Shown here piece by piece: positions 11,074 to 24,860 of a DNA stretch of 64,000 bases. The notes beneath the pieces were generated by a model. The model was given only the letters and a program-made list of their open reading frames with translations. It was not told the DNA's origin and did no database searches. Position 1 is the stretch's first letter; the number at the start of each line of letters is the position of its first letter. This stretch comes from Camelus ferus (Eukaryota). The DNA lies in contig NC_045696.1 in assembly GCF_009834535.1 (NCBI RefSeq), forward strand, positions 84,570,001 to 84,634,000, read 5' to 3'. The translations under genes were made by a program, and so were the position numbers.

Positions 11074-13069
11074 GCCTCAAGAATTTGACCTGAGAGACAG
11101 GGGGAAAAAAAAAACAAACACACACACACAAAACTGCAGCCTCCCTGAAAGCAAACAGACATATTTTTGCATCATAAGAGATTGCCTTCATCCCTGATAT
11201 CTGTCAACTAAGGCTTCGCAAATCCCTTTTTCGTAATTGTTCTGTATAACAGAGAAATGTCACAGATCCTCATACATTTTCACTGTTGAGATCTTTATGT
11301 AATCTCTTCTACTACCTCGACCTGTTTTTTCCATCTCTGAACTGATGTAGTGTGTAAAATGGTTATTGGAGTATGTCCTCTCATGAGCACTCTTTCTGGG
11401 TAGACTGCAATGTGTGTCAGCTTGATTTTAAGCATTACAGAGCCAGCATGGAATATCATCTCCCATTATCCCTATTTCTGGATCAGTAGTTTTTCAAATA
11501 GCTAGGAAATATCTAAATGGATGTAGAAAATAGGTGCTGAGAGCTAGTCAGATGTAACGTGTGTGCAGGGGTGAGGTTCATGGGCGGCGGGTGGGCACTG
11601 AGTGGTAGAAAACCCACTGTGGCCATGACTGCCCAAGTCAGTGATATTCAAAAAGTTTGGGAAAGATGCTTCTTCTAGTATCTTATTGGTCTAATGGTAT
11701 TTCTGGGATTATAGTCTTCTGGGGCCACTAGTAGCTTTTCTTGACAGTTTTAGTGGCTTTAGGATAGTGGAAACATCATTCACATAAGTACCTATACTTT
11801 TGGCTTGAACTTCTGAATAGCTTGGCTTAATTTAGATCCTTCTGTGACCAAGTCTTCATCTACAACAATACAGTTAGTTCCAGAACAATATTGGAATCAT
11901 TCTCATTATAATTGTCCTTGAACTGAATAGGTATAATTATATCTAAGTCAGGGAGCAGGTAATAGAGACTAAGAATCTTAGCCATTCTCTGGGGAAACAA
12001 AATAACTGCTTGTTAGAATCAACTTTATTCTACAGGATTGAAGTTGAGAAAAGAATCTGGTTGGATAAGTGAAATCTTGAACAGCTATTCTCACAAAAAT
12101 TATAGAAAGACAGTTTGACTCTGTAATAAACACAAAATAATCAAAAGTCTAGAAATTATTATATGAGAAATCTCCTTGCTTTGCCACCAAGTCATGCTTG
12201 CCGTATCTGACCCATTAATACTCCTCAGCTGGGAGAACTAGCACAACTTTACGTTCAGTAAAGCATATCTGATTTGACTATCAAGAACAGAACTATGCGT
12301 TAGATTTGACTCTTAAGGATTGCTCTTTTCTCAATTTTTTTTTCTTCCATAAACTCCAGAAGACACATTTCTTTAAATCTTAACAGATTCTTAAAATAAG
12401 TAGCAACTTTTTGTTATTGTTTAAAGGCATATTTTTATCCCTTGCCCCCAAAATTAGAAATACCTGAAAAGCACTTGAAAATACACTTAAGTATAAAAAT
12501 AATATATACAATCTGAGCAAATCCAGAAATCATAAATGCATAAATACTGTTTACAAACTTCTCTCTGGAAAGCAAGAAGTCTAACTGCAAAGGCAATGTA
12601 CATAAAGTGTATACTTTAACTGGAAAAAAGTCATAGCAATCAATGAAAGAATATTTTAAATACAATCTATGCAAGTGATTAATTTCAAAATAGCTTTATC
12701 TTCTTTTCCAGGCTTGAGAAATAGCAGCAGTTTATAGTTTGGCCTATTTTTAAAAAACTAAACATAAAAGTACAAGTGTTGATACATCTACTCTATAGAT
12801 GTTTGGAATTAAACATTAACCTATGACAAAAATATGGTTATTTTTATTTCACTAGAGTGAAAATTATGGAGTAATTACTTCGGGGATTTCTCTCTATAAT
12901 TAACATTGAAGATTGCATCCATTACACCACTAAAGTACACTTAAGAAATTAATGCTTCAGAAATCAAAATAAAGATAAAACATTCATAGAACTGTTGGGA
13001 GAATTTGTGCATGGGCTGGCATTTCTGCTCTTGACAGGTAAGAATTTATTTCTACTTGGTGCACCTCTG

Positions 13070-13265
13070 TGTAATAGCTCAGGCTCTGGTTCCAGACGAA
13101 CCACTAGTACAAATCCAACCTCCTCTACTTTTCAGGACTATGACTCAGTGAAGGCACTTAATATTTCAGCGTTTATAATCTCTAAAATAGGAATTAAGAT
13201 ATCTATTTCATGCTGTTACCGTAAGGGTTAAACTACAAGTGATTATAACTGTGGAGTACTTAAGA
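13070..13265 (+). mobile_element. MIR SINE
   Basis: caggctctggttccagac...caaatcc...ggcacttaa...atctctaaaatagga...gggttaaa follows the MIR core. Confidence 0.7.
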
Positions 13266-14369
13266 GGCAGTAAAAGAGAAAATTGACCTTAATAATTATT
13301 GTTCTTGTCCATTTTATTTCGCCATCTCTATTTCTTACCAACCAAGGGGTCTTTTGAAAGTGGAATGTTGCAAAAATAGAATGGGAGAAATGATTATTTG
13401 GGAATCAGAAAAAAGATTTAGCAATTTATTTGACTGAATCCTAAGCTAATTGAGGTAAGAGACCACATATCATTCATATCCATGTAAATACAGTAGAACT
13501 CTTGTATGAATTTAGTCTATAATCTATATTATAATATATATAATCTGTCTACTAATAGGGCTGACTTAAGTAAATGTTGAAAGTACTGTGAGAGAATACA
13601 GTAGAGTTAGACGGTAACAGAAAAGAACAAAAATGATGTCAGGACATTAAGAGAAAATAGATGAAACAGGAGAAGACAATAGGTGCATAAGATGGAAAAT
13701 ACTAAGAATAGTTGCTTTTCAATAATACATGATTCAAAGTTAATCACTCGATTCTTTGTGGCCTTATAATATAAAAATGTAACCGTTTTTTTAATTAGCA
13801 AAGATAGTTTTGGACTTTGTAGTCAAAGATTACTGGTATGGTTTAAAATGCCACCAGTTAATGGAATGTTTGATGACACCGAGAATTGATTAAATTGTTT
13901 AAGCTCGTTTGTCTGTGGTAACAGTTACCAGTGAATAATTCTAGCCATGTTGTTTCTTTAAATATATGGACTCTGGCTTACCTTTATGAAAGCTACTCAA
14001 TTTAATCACAAGGAAAAAACTTTTTATATCTTCAGCTACATGTATAGTCTGAAGTAATCAATACTATTTCTCTCCTTCTTTTCTTTCCATGTAAATCTTT
14101 CTGACACAATTGTATGTCAGTGAAAATAGCCTTTACCTTGAAATAAAGTAACAATAATGAAAGCAGTAATAGTAATAGAGAATTCCTGTAATATTTATTA
14201 AACTCTAAGACAGACACTATGTTAAGCATCATTCAAATGTTTCATGGGTTAGGTATCATAATCTCCTTTTACTAATGGGAATATTTTTTGAAATAATTTC
14301 TGTGAAAGAATAGTTCAATTTAATATCAAAAATAATGTAACTAATTTGTTCTACAGAATGGCAGGAGTA

Positions 14370-14690
14370 CTTAGTTCTTGCTTTTCCTGTGCCTAGAAAA
14401 CTTCTCTCCTCTGTTTTTAAGGTCTAACTTCCTTCCCATATTTATTCAAATACCATCTTGAATTTCAACACTTCTCTTCCTATCACTAAATATTACCTAA
14501 AATGACATGACATCTTTCTTTGTTAATTTGTTCAGTGGCTTTATTCCCAACAGAGTGTAGTTTCAGTGAGAGAAGGCAGCTGATCTGGCCTGTTTGTCAC
14601 TATACCTTCAACATGCAGGAGAGTGTGAGGATTGTTGTTGTTATTGAGTACATAACTGCTGAATTGTTATTGAGTACATAACTGCTGAAC
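14370..14690 (+). mobile_element. L2 3' end
   Basis: cttgcttttcctgtgcctagaaaacttctc ... gagtgtagtttcagtgagagaaggcag...tgtttgtcactatacc, a typical decayed L2a 3' end. Confidence 0.6.
14638..14689. repeat. Perfect 26-bp tandem duplication
   Basis: TTGTTATTGAGTACATAACTGCTGAA occurs twice (14638-14663 and 14664-14689). Confidence 0.95.
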
Positions 14691-14932
14691 CAAAGGACTG
14701 TCTATTCTTTGATTCACATATGATTGCAACATAAAATTAGATACAGTGTTTTTTGTTTTTTGCTGTTGCTTTGCAGATTTAATCTTCTGCCTTGCTTTGT
14801 GCCTCAGAAAGCTTTCTAAAATGGGTCCTTTTGCCTTTTTAGTTCTGTTATCATTCCTAAAATGGAAAATACCTTCAGGAAGTCAGCACTTCCTGGTGGA
14901 AAACGATGTTGGACTATTTATTTGTCTTATTC

Positions 14933-14968
14933 ATACTCCTCTAGTGAAGTTATACTCCTCTAGTGAAG
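14933..14968. repeat. Tandem duplication (19-bp period)
   Basis: ATACTCCTCTAGTGAAG at 14933-14949 and 14952-14968. Confidence 0.9.
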
Positions 14969-15199
14969 AGCACAGCTCTTTTCCAGCAGCCCTCTCCCCT
15001 AAAGCTCCAGCTCTACTCAGCCAGTTTTTATAAACACCCTTTCTCCTTTAGATCTAGTTTAATAGCTGAATCCAGTATCTTTTTTTTTTCTTTTTTTAGC
15101 CTGTAAATGCTTCAGCATGCCTTAGTAGTTCCTCTTAACCTTGTCCATACTTTTAAAATCAGTGAAGCAGAGACAGAGGAAGATTGATGGAAGGCACAA

Positions 15200-15620
15200 T
15201 TGGTCACAGTATAAGTAGGGTAAATTGGCAGGGATTTGAATTTGTTTTGAAGGCAGAATGTATAAGACTTGCTGATGAAGTAGATGTGGGAAGTGAAATA
15301 CAGAGAAGTGTAAAGAGTGATTCTAAAATTTTGCTCCGAACAACAAAGGGAGCGGAGGTGTTATTTATCACATAGTGAAACTTGTGGTTGGCCAGGTTAT
15401 TGGGAGAGAAATCAAGAATTCTGTCTTGGACATATACGGTTTTAAAAGCCTATAAAATATATAGGCCTATAAAATACATATTGACCATAAAATTGTAATT
15501 TTTAAATGTTGAGCTGAAATAGAAATATGGTAACTTGGTAAAAACAGGATTTACATGCTTAATACTAGATGAGCGTGCATATAGAAGAAAAGAAGGGTAC
15601 GGGTGGAATCCCTTGCTCCA
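15200..15620 (-). mobile_element. L2 fragment
   Basis: ttttgaaggcagaa...agacttgctgatgaagtagatgtggg...aagagtgattctaaaatttt...atcaagaattctgtcttggacat. Confidence 0.75.
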
Positions 15621-16199
15621 ATATTGGTGAAAATGTGGATTATTCTCTTAATATGAACAAATCAATGACCAGCAAAACCTCTGTACAGACCTCTTAACAC
15701 TTTAGTTTAAAAATCATTTTAAAACATATACCTGACCTGGAAGAAATATTGTATAAATCCTTAGGGACAAAAGAAGACAAAATTATGCATCCAGAGCAGA
15801 AATGGCTGCTACACCATGGTTTGCCCTGAGGGATTAAACTGAAAAGCTGTAGCCTACTATGCCAGCTTGAAAGAAAATTCTAATTCTACTATACTGAAGG
15901 AGATCAAATTGATGACCTCCGCCCAAAGCCAGGAAATCTAAGGGAGAACATATTTTGAAAGTTTCCCAGAAGGCAACTTACATGACCAAAGGAAATGGTA
16001 GATATACTTGCCTGACTGAGGCTCTGTTCTGGGTATAGAAAACTTTTTTTCTGAAAAATTTTTATTGCAAGAATTTTCTTAGGAAGATTTGGGGGTAGAA
16101 GTCAAGCTAAATATATAATTCAAAAAGCCACCAGATGAAACTTACACGTTAACACCAAATGCAGATGATGCCAGTACGAAGTAAATGGACGTATTACTC

Positions 16200-16950
16200 T
16201 CTCTGGGGAAGCACATTAAAAAAAAAAAGAAAGAGTCAAATAATTTTCTCAAATTAAAGCTCCAAGAAATAAAAATTCACACACAAAAAATACAAACATA
16301 TGAGTAACTATGATATCATGAACCAGAATATAGGAATAAAGAAAACACAAATTCAGATCCCTTAGGGATGCAGGTACAGAAATTATCAGGTCAAAATGTA
16401 AAATTAATATGTGTAAAATTTTAAAAATATAAAACAAGGAATCAAAAAAGTATTAGAGATTTAGAAGGCAGACCTATAAAAATTACCCAGGATTTAGCGC
16501 AAATAAGCACACAAAAGTGAGAAATACGTAGGGTAGGTTAAAACAATGTGGATAGAGTAATAAGACTTTAACATGTTTATCTGGAATGGTTGGAAGTTAA
16601 AACAAAGAGGATATAAGAACAAATGACTGACAATATTCTAATCAATAATAAATAAAAATTCTCAACGTTATGAAAGATATCAATTCTCAGACTCAGGAAG
16701 CTCAGTGAATCACAAACAATGCTCTCAGGCATACTGAACTGAAATTGCATTACACCACACACAAACGAGATTTTTTAAGTTGTCAGAAAAAAAGACAGTG
16801 TATCTACCAAAAATAAATAAAACAAGAATTACAAACCAACAGCTGCGTTTCAAAGAGCAAAACTGAAAAACAGAAAACAGTTGAAAAACAATTTTAGACT
16901 ATGAAGTAATAAATATAAATCTGGTATCCATGCTGGAATTTTCATCAGAC
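16200..16950 (+). mobile_element. Ancient L1/HAL1 ORF1-region remnant
   Basis: A-rich; contains tgaaagatatcaattctcagactcaggaagctcagtgaatc (ORF1 D.N.QIQEAQ-like) and coiled-coil-like sequence upstream. Confidence 0.55.
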
Positions 16951-16974
16951 AGGAGTATATGATTTATTTTTAAG

Positions 16975-18330
16975 AACATTTTAATTGAGGAAAACTACAT
17001 AATGTAAAAATGTAATTATATGGGCAAAAAGTTTTATACATGATGCAACCAGTTTTCTAAATTTTATATCTATATACTAATTTTGCCTATTGTTGAACAT
17101 TAGATGAATGTACTCATAGCCTATATGCTTTGTTTCTGGTTTCTATATGTGAGACAGAGTCACATTGCACATTGCTGTAATTATGCTGAATAGAATTCCA
17201 TTGAAAGAACGGGTCACAATTTATCTGTTCTACTGTTGATCAACATATGCATTATTTCCATTTTGACTAATAGTGTTAAAGCTCTTATCATTATTTTGGC
17301 ACCTGTCTTTTGGTGGTCATAAGTGGTCATTTCTCCTGTGTCTTACACATCAGTATAGAATTGTTGAGTCACAGGGAAAGCATTTTTATAGTATATTAGA
17401 TACTGACCAACAGTTTTCCACAGGGGCTATATCAATGTAAATTCCCAAAGGAATGATTGAAGGAAGCTCCATTTATTCCACATCCTCACCAAGATTTGAT
17501 TTTATCAAACATTTTCATTTGAACTATTTTTTTAGTGTGATTGGTGGTATTTTATCAGGATTTTAATTGCCTAACAATGTTAAGCATGGTTTCATATGTG
17601 GGGCTGTATTGATAGCCTTTTCCATAAGATTTCCATATTAAGTTTTTACACATTTTTGTTGTTGTCGTAATTTTCCCCCTCTGTTGATTAGTAGGATTTC
17701 TTTTTATATTCTGACTTTGAGTAATCTGCCAGATACGTACCACAAATATTCTCTTCCAGTCTGTGGTTTATCTTTCAATCTCTTAACAACATCTTGTGAA
17801 CAAAACATCTTAAGTTTAGAGAAATCCAATTTCTAAATTATTTGATGGTTAGTATTTTGTTCACCATGTATGAAATCTTTGTACACCCTGACATCATGAA
17901 GTTATTTTTCTATATATTTTTTAGATTCTTATTGTTTGCTTGTGAATTCATCTGGGATTATTTACATGTAGCTTAAATATAGTTTGAGTTAGTGTTAAGT
18001 TTTATTATTTTTTCACATAATGAATATGGAGTTTACTTATGGAAAAGACAGTTTCTTCAGAATACTGCAGTGCCATATTTATCTACGAAATAAGATCAAT
18101 TATCTTATTAATTAGTATGCATATGTGGGTCTCCATCTAAACTTGTTTTTTTCCTTTTGGTTTATTTTTCCTTTCTTGCACCAACAGCCCATTTTATTCA
18201 CTGTAACTTTATAATATGTCTTTATAACTTTAAGTATACATTTTTTTGGCTTTTTTCTGCCAGATTATTTTAGCTATATTTGTCTTATAGCATTTCCATT
18301 TAAATTTGAGTATCAGCATATTATTTATTT
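16975..18330 (-). mobile_element. Old L1 (L1ME-like) 3'UTR plus ORF2 C-terminal region
   Basis: T-rich; cacaatttatctgttctactgttgat, ccacatcctcaccaa and ttctcttccagtctgtggtt are antisense L1 motifs. Confidence 0.8.
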
Positions 18331-18454
18331 TATAAATTATTGAAAGAAATTACAAATGAAGTTAAGTGGAACATTTTAAATTATGCAGTAAAATTTTAAT
18401 ACAAAGAGGATTATGCAAATTTCTATATTTATCACAATTTTGGTAAAGTGTAGT

Positions 18455-18885
18455 CTTTTAAATTGACTGTTTTTTGGAGAAGTTTAGAATTCAACGCAAA
18501 ATAGAGCAGAGAGCACAAGAGAATCCCCTTTTCCCCCCACCCTGTCCCGCCAAAGCTTTGCCTACTATCAATATCCCACACTAGAGTGATACATTTGCTA
18601 TAATCCATGAACCTACATTGACACATTGACACATCATTATCATCTACAAGTCCACAATTACATTAGGGTTCATATTTGGTGTGGTAAGTCTATGGATTTT
18701 GACAAGTGTATCCATCATTATGGCACCACACAGAGTAGTGTCACTGCCCTAAAAATCCTCTGTGTTCTGCCTATTCATCTCTCCCTCCCCTCAACCCCCA
18801 CAAGCACTGATTCTTTTACTGCCTCCATAGTTTTGCCTTTTTCAGGATGTCATATAGTTGGAATCATACAGTATACAGTCTTTCA
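18455..18885 (-). mobile_element. L1MC1-like 3'UTR
   Basis: tgaacctacattgacaca, ctatggattttgacaa and cactgccctaaaaatcctctgtgttctgcctattcatc; paralogous to 47655-48705. Confidence 0.85.
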
Positions 18886-18889
18886 GTCA

Positions 18890-19520
18890 CAGCAACTTGA
18901 CACAGCATTTTAGAAACAATTTGGCATCATGAAGAAAAATTAAAAGAGATGCAATTCTACAATTTAACAGTTCACTCCTTGGTACATAATCAAGGAGATA
19001 ACTTTCACTTACGTGCACTGAGACATACAATAATGTTTACAGCAGCATTATTAGTCACAGCAAAAGCTGGAAACAACTTTCAATGGTTAAATGAATACAT
19101 TTATTTTCATGTATTGGTACTAAGGAATAGTACACAACTAAAATAAATGAAATGTAACTACAAATATCAATAGGATCAATGACCAAACAAAATACACTGT
19201 GGAGAAAAAAAGAATAAGAGATGAGTACCATATAAAAATGTCATAATCAAGCAAAAATAAACTACACACTATTGAAAAACATATGATCAGAATGTTTAGA
19301 AATATACAGATAAGTTAAAATATAAAAATGAATGAGATACTAATATTTGATTTAGGAGAGCATACATTTCTCGGGAGAGAATAAGAAATATGATAGGGCA
19401 TAAAAAGGCTTTGAAGTTCATAGTGATATTATATACCTTGCTATTATACCTATTTTCATGTTTATGATTATTAAAGCAATAGATTCATATTTCATGTATT
19501 CTTTAATGCTTCATATATTT
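18890..19520 (+). mobile_element. L1ME-like 3' end
   Basis: aaacaatttggca, aatgtttacagcagcattattagtcacagcaaaagctggaaacaac. Confidence 0.75.
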
Positions 19521-19544
19521 TAGAGAGAAATTATCTTTAAAAAT

Positions 19545-21002
19545 TATACCACAACTGAATCCAGCAATACATTAAAAAAATCATGTACCATGATCAATTG
19601 AAATTTATCCCAGAGATGCAAGGATTCTTCAACATCTGCAAATCAATCAATGTGATACACCACATTGGCAAATTGAAGAATAAAACCATATGATTATCTC
19701 AATAAATGGGGAAAAAGCTTTTGATAAAATTCAGCATCCATTTACAATACAAACTCTCCAGAAAGTGGGCATAGAGGGAACATACCTCAACATAATAAAG
19801 GCCATATGTGACAAACCCACAGCTAACATCCTCAATGGTAAAAGGATGAAAGCATTCCCTCTAAGATCAGGAACAAGACAAGGATACCCACTCTCATCAC
19901 TTTTGTTTGACATAGCTTTGGAAGTCCTAGTCACAGCAATCAGAGAAGAAAAGGAAATAAAATGAATCAAAATTGAAAAAGACATAAAACTGTCACTGTT
20001 TGCAGATGACATTACAATATACATAGAAAATCCTAAAGCGTCTACCAGAAAAACTACTAGAGCTCATCAGTGAAGTTGGTAAAGTTGCAGGATACAAAAT
20101 TAATATACAGAAATCTTTTGCACTAACAACAAAATATCAGAAAAAGAAATTAAGGAAACAATTCCATTTCATCAAAAAGAATAAAATACCCAGGAATAAA
20201 CCTACCTAAGTAGTCAAAGACCTGCACTGCAAAAACTGTAAGATGCTGATGAAAGAAATTGAAGGTGACACAAACAGAGGGAAAGATATACTGTGTTCTT
20301 GGACTGGAAGAATCAGTATTGTTTTATGACCATGTTACCCAAGGCAATCTACATATTCAATGTAATCCCTATCAAATTACCAATGGTATTTTTTGCAGAA
20401 CTGGAACAAAAAAATTTAAATTTGTATGGAAACACAGAAGACCCCAAGTAGGCAAAATAATCTTGAGAAAGAACAGAGCTTGAGGTATCATGCTCTCTGG
20501 TTTCAGACTATATTACAAAGCTACATTAATAAAAACAGTATGGTATTGGCACAAAAACAGGCACACAGTTCAATGGAACAGGATAGTGATCCCAGAAATA
20601 AACACACGAACTTATGATCAATTAATCTACAACAAAGGAAGCAAAAATCTACAATGAAGAAAAGACAGTCTCTTCAATAAGTAGTGAGGGAAAACTGGAC
20701 AGCTACATATTAAAGAATGAAATCAGAACATTCTCTAACACCAAATATGAAAATAAACTCAAAATGGATTAATGACCTAAATGTGAGATGGGATACTATT
20801 AAACTCCTAGAGAAAACATAGGCAGGATACTCTCTGCCATAAATCATAGCAATGTTTTTTTGGATCTGACTCCTAGAGTAATGGAAACAAAAGGAAAAAT
20901 AAACAAATGGGACCTAATAAAACTTAAAAGTTTTTGCACAACAAAACCATAAAAAATGAAAAGACAACCTACAGAATGGGAAAAATATTTGCAAATGATG
21001 CC
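19545..21002 (+). mobile_element. Relatively young L1 ORF2 internal fragment (RT domain), frameshifted
   Basis: ORF 19690-19965 contains [18 protein letters not shown]...[24 protein letters not shown] lies at about 19990-20010. Continues to ...KIFAND, then stops with no 3'UTR or poly-A. Confidence 0.95.
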
Positions 21003-21842
21003 GGTTTCAGGGCAGAGCCTCACTTGTCCACTGTATGTACAGTATTGAATGATATATTCAGTAATGAAAAAATTCGACCAAATATAACAAAGGCAATCAA
21101 TCAGATACTGTTACATTAAGAATTATAAATATTAATTGATATTAATAGGAAATATTCATTAGCATGTGTCTGTGGAAGAGAACTTGATAGCATTCATTCT
21201 AATAGATTAATTATACACTGATTATATGTTCACCACATGCCAGGTGCTGTCCTAAGGATATAATAAACTTTATGATATGTTTTGTATTCCTGCTGTAGTC
21301 CATATTAAAAGCCATAAGAATGTTTATAATCTTTAATTGATTAATGTAGTTTTAGAATATAACACCAGGAAATAAAGCAGAATGTAAAAGCTATAGGATG
21401 AAAATGTATACTTGTGTCATTCATTGTATTGAATATTACTAATAACCAAAATATCCATTAATAGGAGAGAAACTTCTGGTTCAAATATTTTATAAAAGAT
21501 TGCTCATCTATTTAATTAGAAGTATGAAGCTATCTAAACTATATTTTAAATTTAAATTATATTTTAAATGATGAAATAATTTAAACTTGTATATTTTTCC
21601 TTTTAATGACTATGATTACAACTGTGTAAGTTTATATTCGTATGAAGATGAGGATCAACAGGGGACATGGAAACACAAATAGTTGCTATTCTCAGTGACT
21701 TTCCTTATTGCTTTAATATATTAGTAAGACATTAGAATTAAGAAAAATTAAACAAAATTAATGATTGCCTTTAGTCCCATATAATCCTTTGACAAAGTTT
21801 CATTCATCCGTACAATAATAAAACCTACATCCTGAGGGTTGT

Positions 21843-22830
21843 CATTCATTTATTTATTCAATCATTTGCTCAATAATTATTTTTTATGTAATACCTTCTT
21901 TGTACCAGGCACTTTTTTTTCTAAGCACTAAGAATTTGCTGAAAATGGAAAATGAGGAGAGTGGGTCAAGTGTTCTGTTCTGGATATATTACAGTGGAAA
22001 AATCTACTTTTCCATCCTAGTGAGATTTAAATTCATGGCACTAAGTGAGGAGTAAATAATAGATAGCTAACCACTGAGCTGAAATAATACGTTCATTAGT
22101 CCTAAGTACTATGAATAATAAATTAGAGAAAGCAGATGAAAATCAGTTATACACAAAACTAAAATCATTTCAGATTCTGAAAAGTATTGTGAAAAAGAAG
22201 TAAGAGAGGACAATAGGAGAGAAAGTCATACGATGAAATAGAGATTAGAGCGAAGGAAATCCTCTTTGAGAAAGTAACAGAAAGAAATGCCTGAATGATG
22301 AGGGAAAACTAAGCATGAGAAGGGAAGACATTTCAGGTAGAAGGAGCATCAGTTGATTGCAGGTTTCCTGCAGTAGGTTTAATACCACCGTAGGCCATGC
22401 AAGAACTCTGCTGTTACCAAAGTGTGATGGGAAGCCATTGGTTAAACAGGGAGTGTTTAAGCACACCTCTCTGGCTGTTCTGGGTGTACATTTGTATTAT
22501 GGCTGGGGATTAAAAGTGGGAACAGAGAGATAAGACTTCAGGCCATTGGAGAGTCAAGGTTGTATACTGTGGCGGCCTGGACTAAGCGTCAGGTGAAGAA
22601 GATGAACAGAAATTGAAGCAGATAAATTTTTAGAGGTAGAACTAAGAAGAGATAATCTGTTTCTGTTTCTGGTGAATACGTGAAATCAGTTAATTCCTCA
22701 GGTTTGGTGGCGTTTAATGAGGTAGGGAAAACAGAAAGGAGAAGAACAGGTTTTCTGATATTTCCAAGGTTAATTTCAAGGAAGCTATTCAATATCTAGT
22801 GGAAGATTAAACGTCTCGTGTGAAGTAAGT
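21843..22830 (-). mobile_element. L2 (3' end plus body)
   Basis: cattcatttatttattcaa...tgtaccaggcact tail; gtgatgggaagccattgg, ctctctggctgttctg and gtggcctggactaag-like motifs. Confidence 0.75.
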
Positions 22831-22929
22831 GTGCCAATGTAGTTGGTGGCTGCTGAGCTAAATAATGATACTCATTAGCATGCCAAGTACTGGAAAGCCT
22901 GGAGAGAATGTATTTAAAGTTTCCCATGT

Positions 22930-23111
22930 GCTTTTATAGCCTATATTCATATCCCTTATACATCATTTATTCCACTGTGTTACATTTTATCTATTTACTT
23001 GAATTCTTCAACCATTAAACTGTATTACTTTGGGTCTTAGTAATCTTCACAGAACTAGTCCAGAGCCTGAATGACAGTAGAGGTTCAGCAAATGTTTATG
23101 AATGAATGAAT
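22930..23111 (+). mobile_element. L2 3' end
   Basis: cagagcctgaatgacagtagaggttcagcaaatgtttatgaatgaatgaat. Confidence 0.75.
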
Positions 23112-24523
23112 CTAATTTAAGGTAGAAAATTAAAGGGTTAAATAACCTCACACATAATAGAAGAAAATGTATTATCATTTAGTTTTGTGATTCCGGTCCT
23201 AAACAGTGAACACTGGTGTGTTCAGAAACTAGTAAGGGGTAGAAGTTGATTGTTGAAGCATGGCAGCAAGCATTAAGAGTTTATATGAATGGAATTCAAA
23301 TCCACTTTAATGTATAGCAAGTCACAGAGGGCAAAGATTATGCACAGTTGAAATAAGCATTGCAGGATTGCTTTTACCCTGAATATCAACTCAAGACCTT
23401 TTGCTCTGCTCCTAATTATTTTCATTCATCCTTGTAGATGACACAGATAAATGTAAAGTTTAGTGTAATATTACACATTTAGTTATCAGAATGCAAAAAT
23501 GATTTAAGTGTGATTGCACTATGTTCTGAGTAATATCTTCTCCTTCATTTTATAATTATTTTATTGTTTTATTGCTGTAAAAATATACGTATATAATATA
23601 CAATAAATATACAAAAATAATTTAATCTCTTAAAACTATTCTGTAGTTCCACTCTCACAATTTTATTCTATGTTTGCAGATATAATAGCCTCTAGATTAT
23701 ATCTAATTACATAAGAGAGTTTTAAAAAAATTTTATTGCATTTCCAGTCTCTCTCCTACGACATTTTCTTTTATTTCATCTTGATCTTTCTCTTTCAAGA
23801 GACTGGCATTCCTCATATGTTGAAGATCTGGGTTATCTATTCATATTTTTAGAAGACAGACTGGGTAATTAGTTTGTTCCCTTTATAGTTGTGTGAATAC
23901 CGTTTCTTTCTAAACCTTGTGTGAAAAAGAAAACTGATTGAGAGCATAATTAAGAGCATAATTACAGGTACATGAAGCCATGCACTATTTTATGATCAGC
24001 ACAAAGAAAGCAAGTGTGGAACTAGTTATTAGACTGTTCTCCATATGTCAGAATAAGCAGATACCACAGATTTTATGTATTTTACCTCTACGTGTGCCAC
24101 AGACTTCTTAGTCTTGAAAGAATTTGTTAAAACATCTAGATCCAATGTTGTAGTTTATATAACTGTTATGCAGATCAGAATGATCCCTGATGACTGAGCA
24201 AAACCCTCTCTCTGCTGGAAAGCTAGTTGCTTAATGATTATGTCATTACTGCGAGGGGAGCTATTAGATTATATATCAATTACTGGGGCTTCCTGCTATG
24301 ATAGCCTGAGGCAGCTATACCTATTATAGGATTATACTTGACAAAAGACTCGAATGCTCATCTTCTTGAGATGACCCTTCCTTTTTCCCACCAGAGAGTG
24401 CTAGAAGAACACTTTCCTAAAGAAATGTTTAATAGGGTTATTTCATGTGAATATGCAGACCAGTAAATTAGCAAAATTTTCATTCCTGGGTCCCTGGTGC
24501 TTGAAGAACTGTGATATCTGGAT

Positions 24524-24730
24524 CAGTGCTGTGCAGTAAAAGCTTCTGTGATAACTGGAAGGTATTACATCTGTACTGTCCAGCATGGCAGCCACATGGA
24601 ACAATTACACACCTGAAATGTGGCTAATGTGACTGAATAACTGGAATTTTAATTGTTTCTAACTTAGATAATTAAAACTTAAATTCATACAGCCACATTT
24701 AGCTGGTAGTCACCCTGTTGGAGATCCTAG
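24524..24730 (+). mobile_element. MER3 (hAT-Charlie MITE)
   Basis: cagtgctgtgcagta...ctgtccagcatggcagccac...tgaaatgtggctaatgtgactga...agccacatttagctggtag. Flanking 8-mers ATCTGGAT and ATCTAGAA fit the Charlie NTCTAGAN target. Confidence 0.88.
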
Positions 24731-24860
24731 ATCTAGAAACTTAATGTCAGCTCATCATTCACAAATGGAGTTAATATCTATCCTACAGAGCCATATGAGG
24801 GCAGCATGATAAAATACTCAGCATATAGTGGGCACTTAACAAATATTTGTGAAATTATCT
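24731..24860 (+). mobile_element. MIR 3' part (host of the MER3)
   Basis: acttaa...cacaaatggagttaatatctatcctacagag...catatagtgggcacttaacaaatatt. Confidence 0.55.

Noticed and set aside
11484..11670. Possible hAT-Charlie MITE (cagtagtttttcaaa...tttgggaaagatg)
   Set aside because: The TIR match is poor and there is no convincing TSD.
14638..14689. CRISPR-like direct repeats
   Set aside because: Only two abutting copies, no spacers, and a mammalian context.
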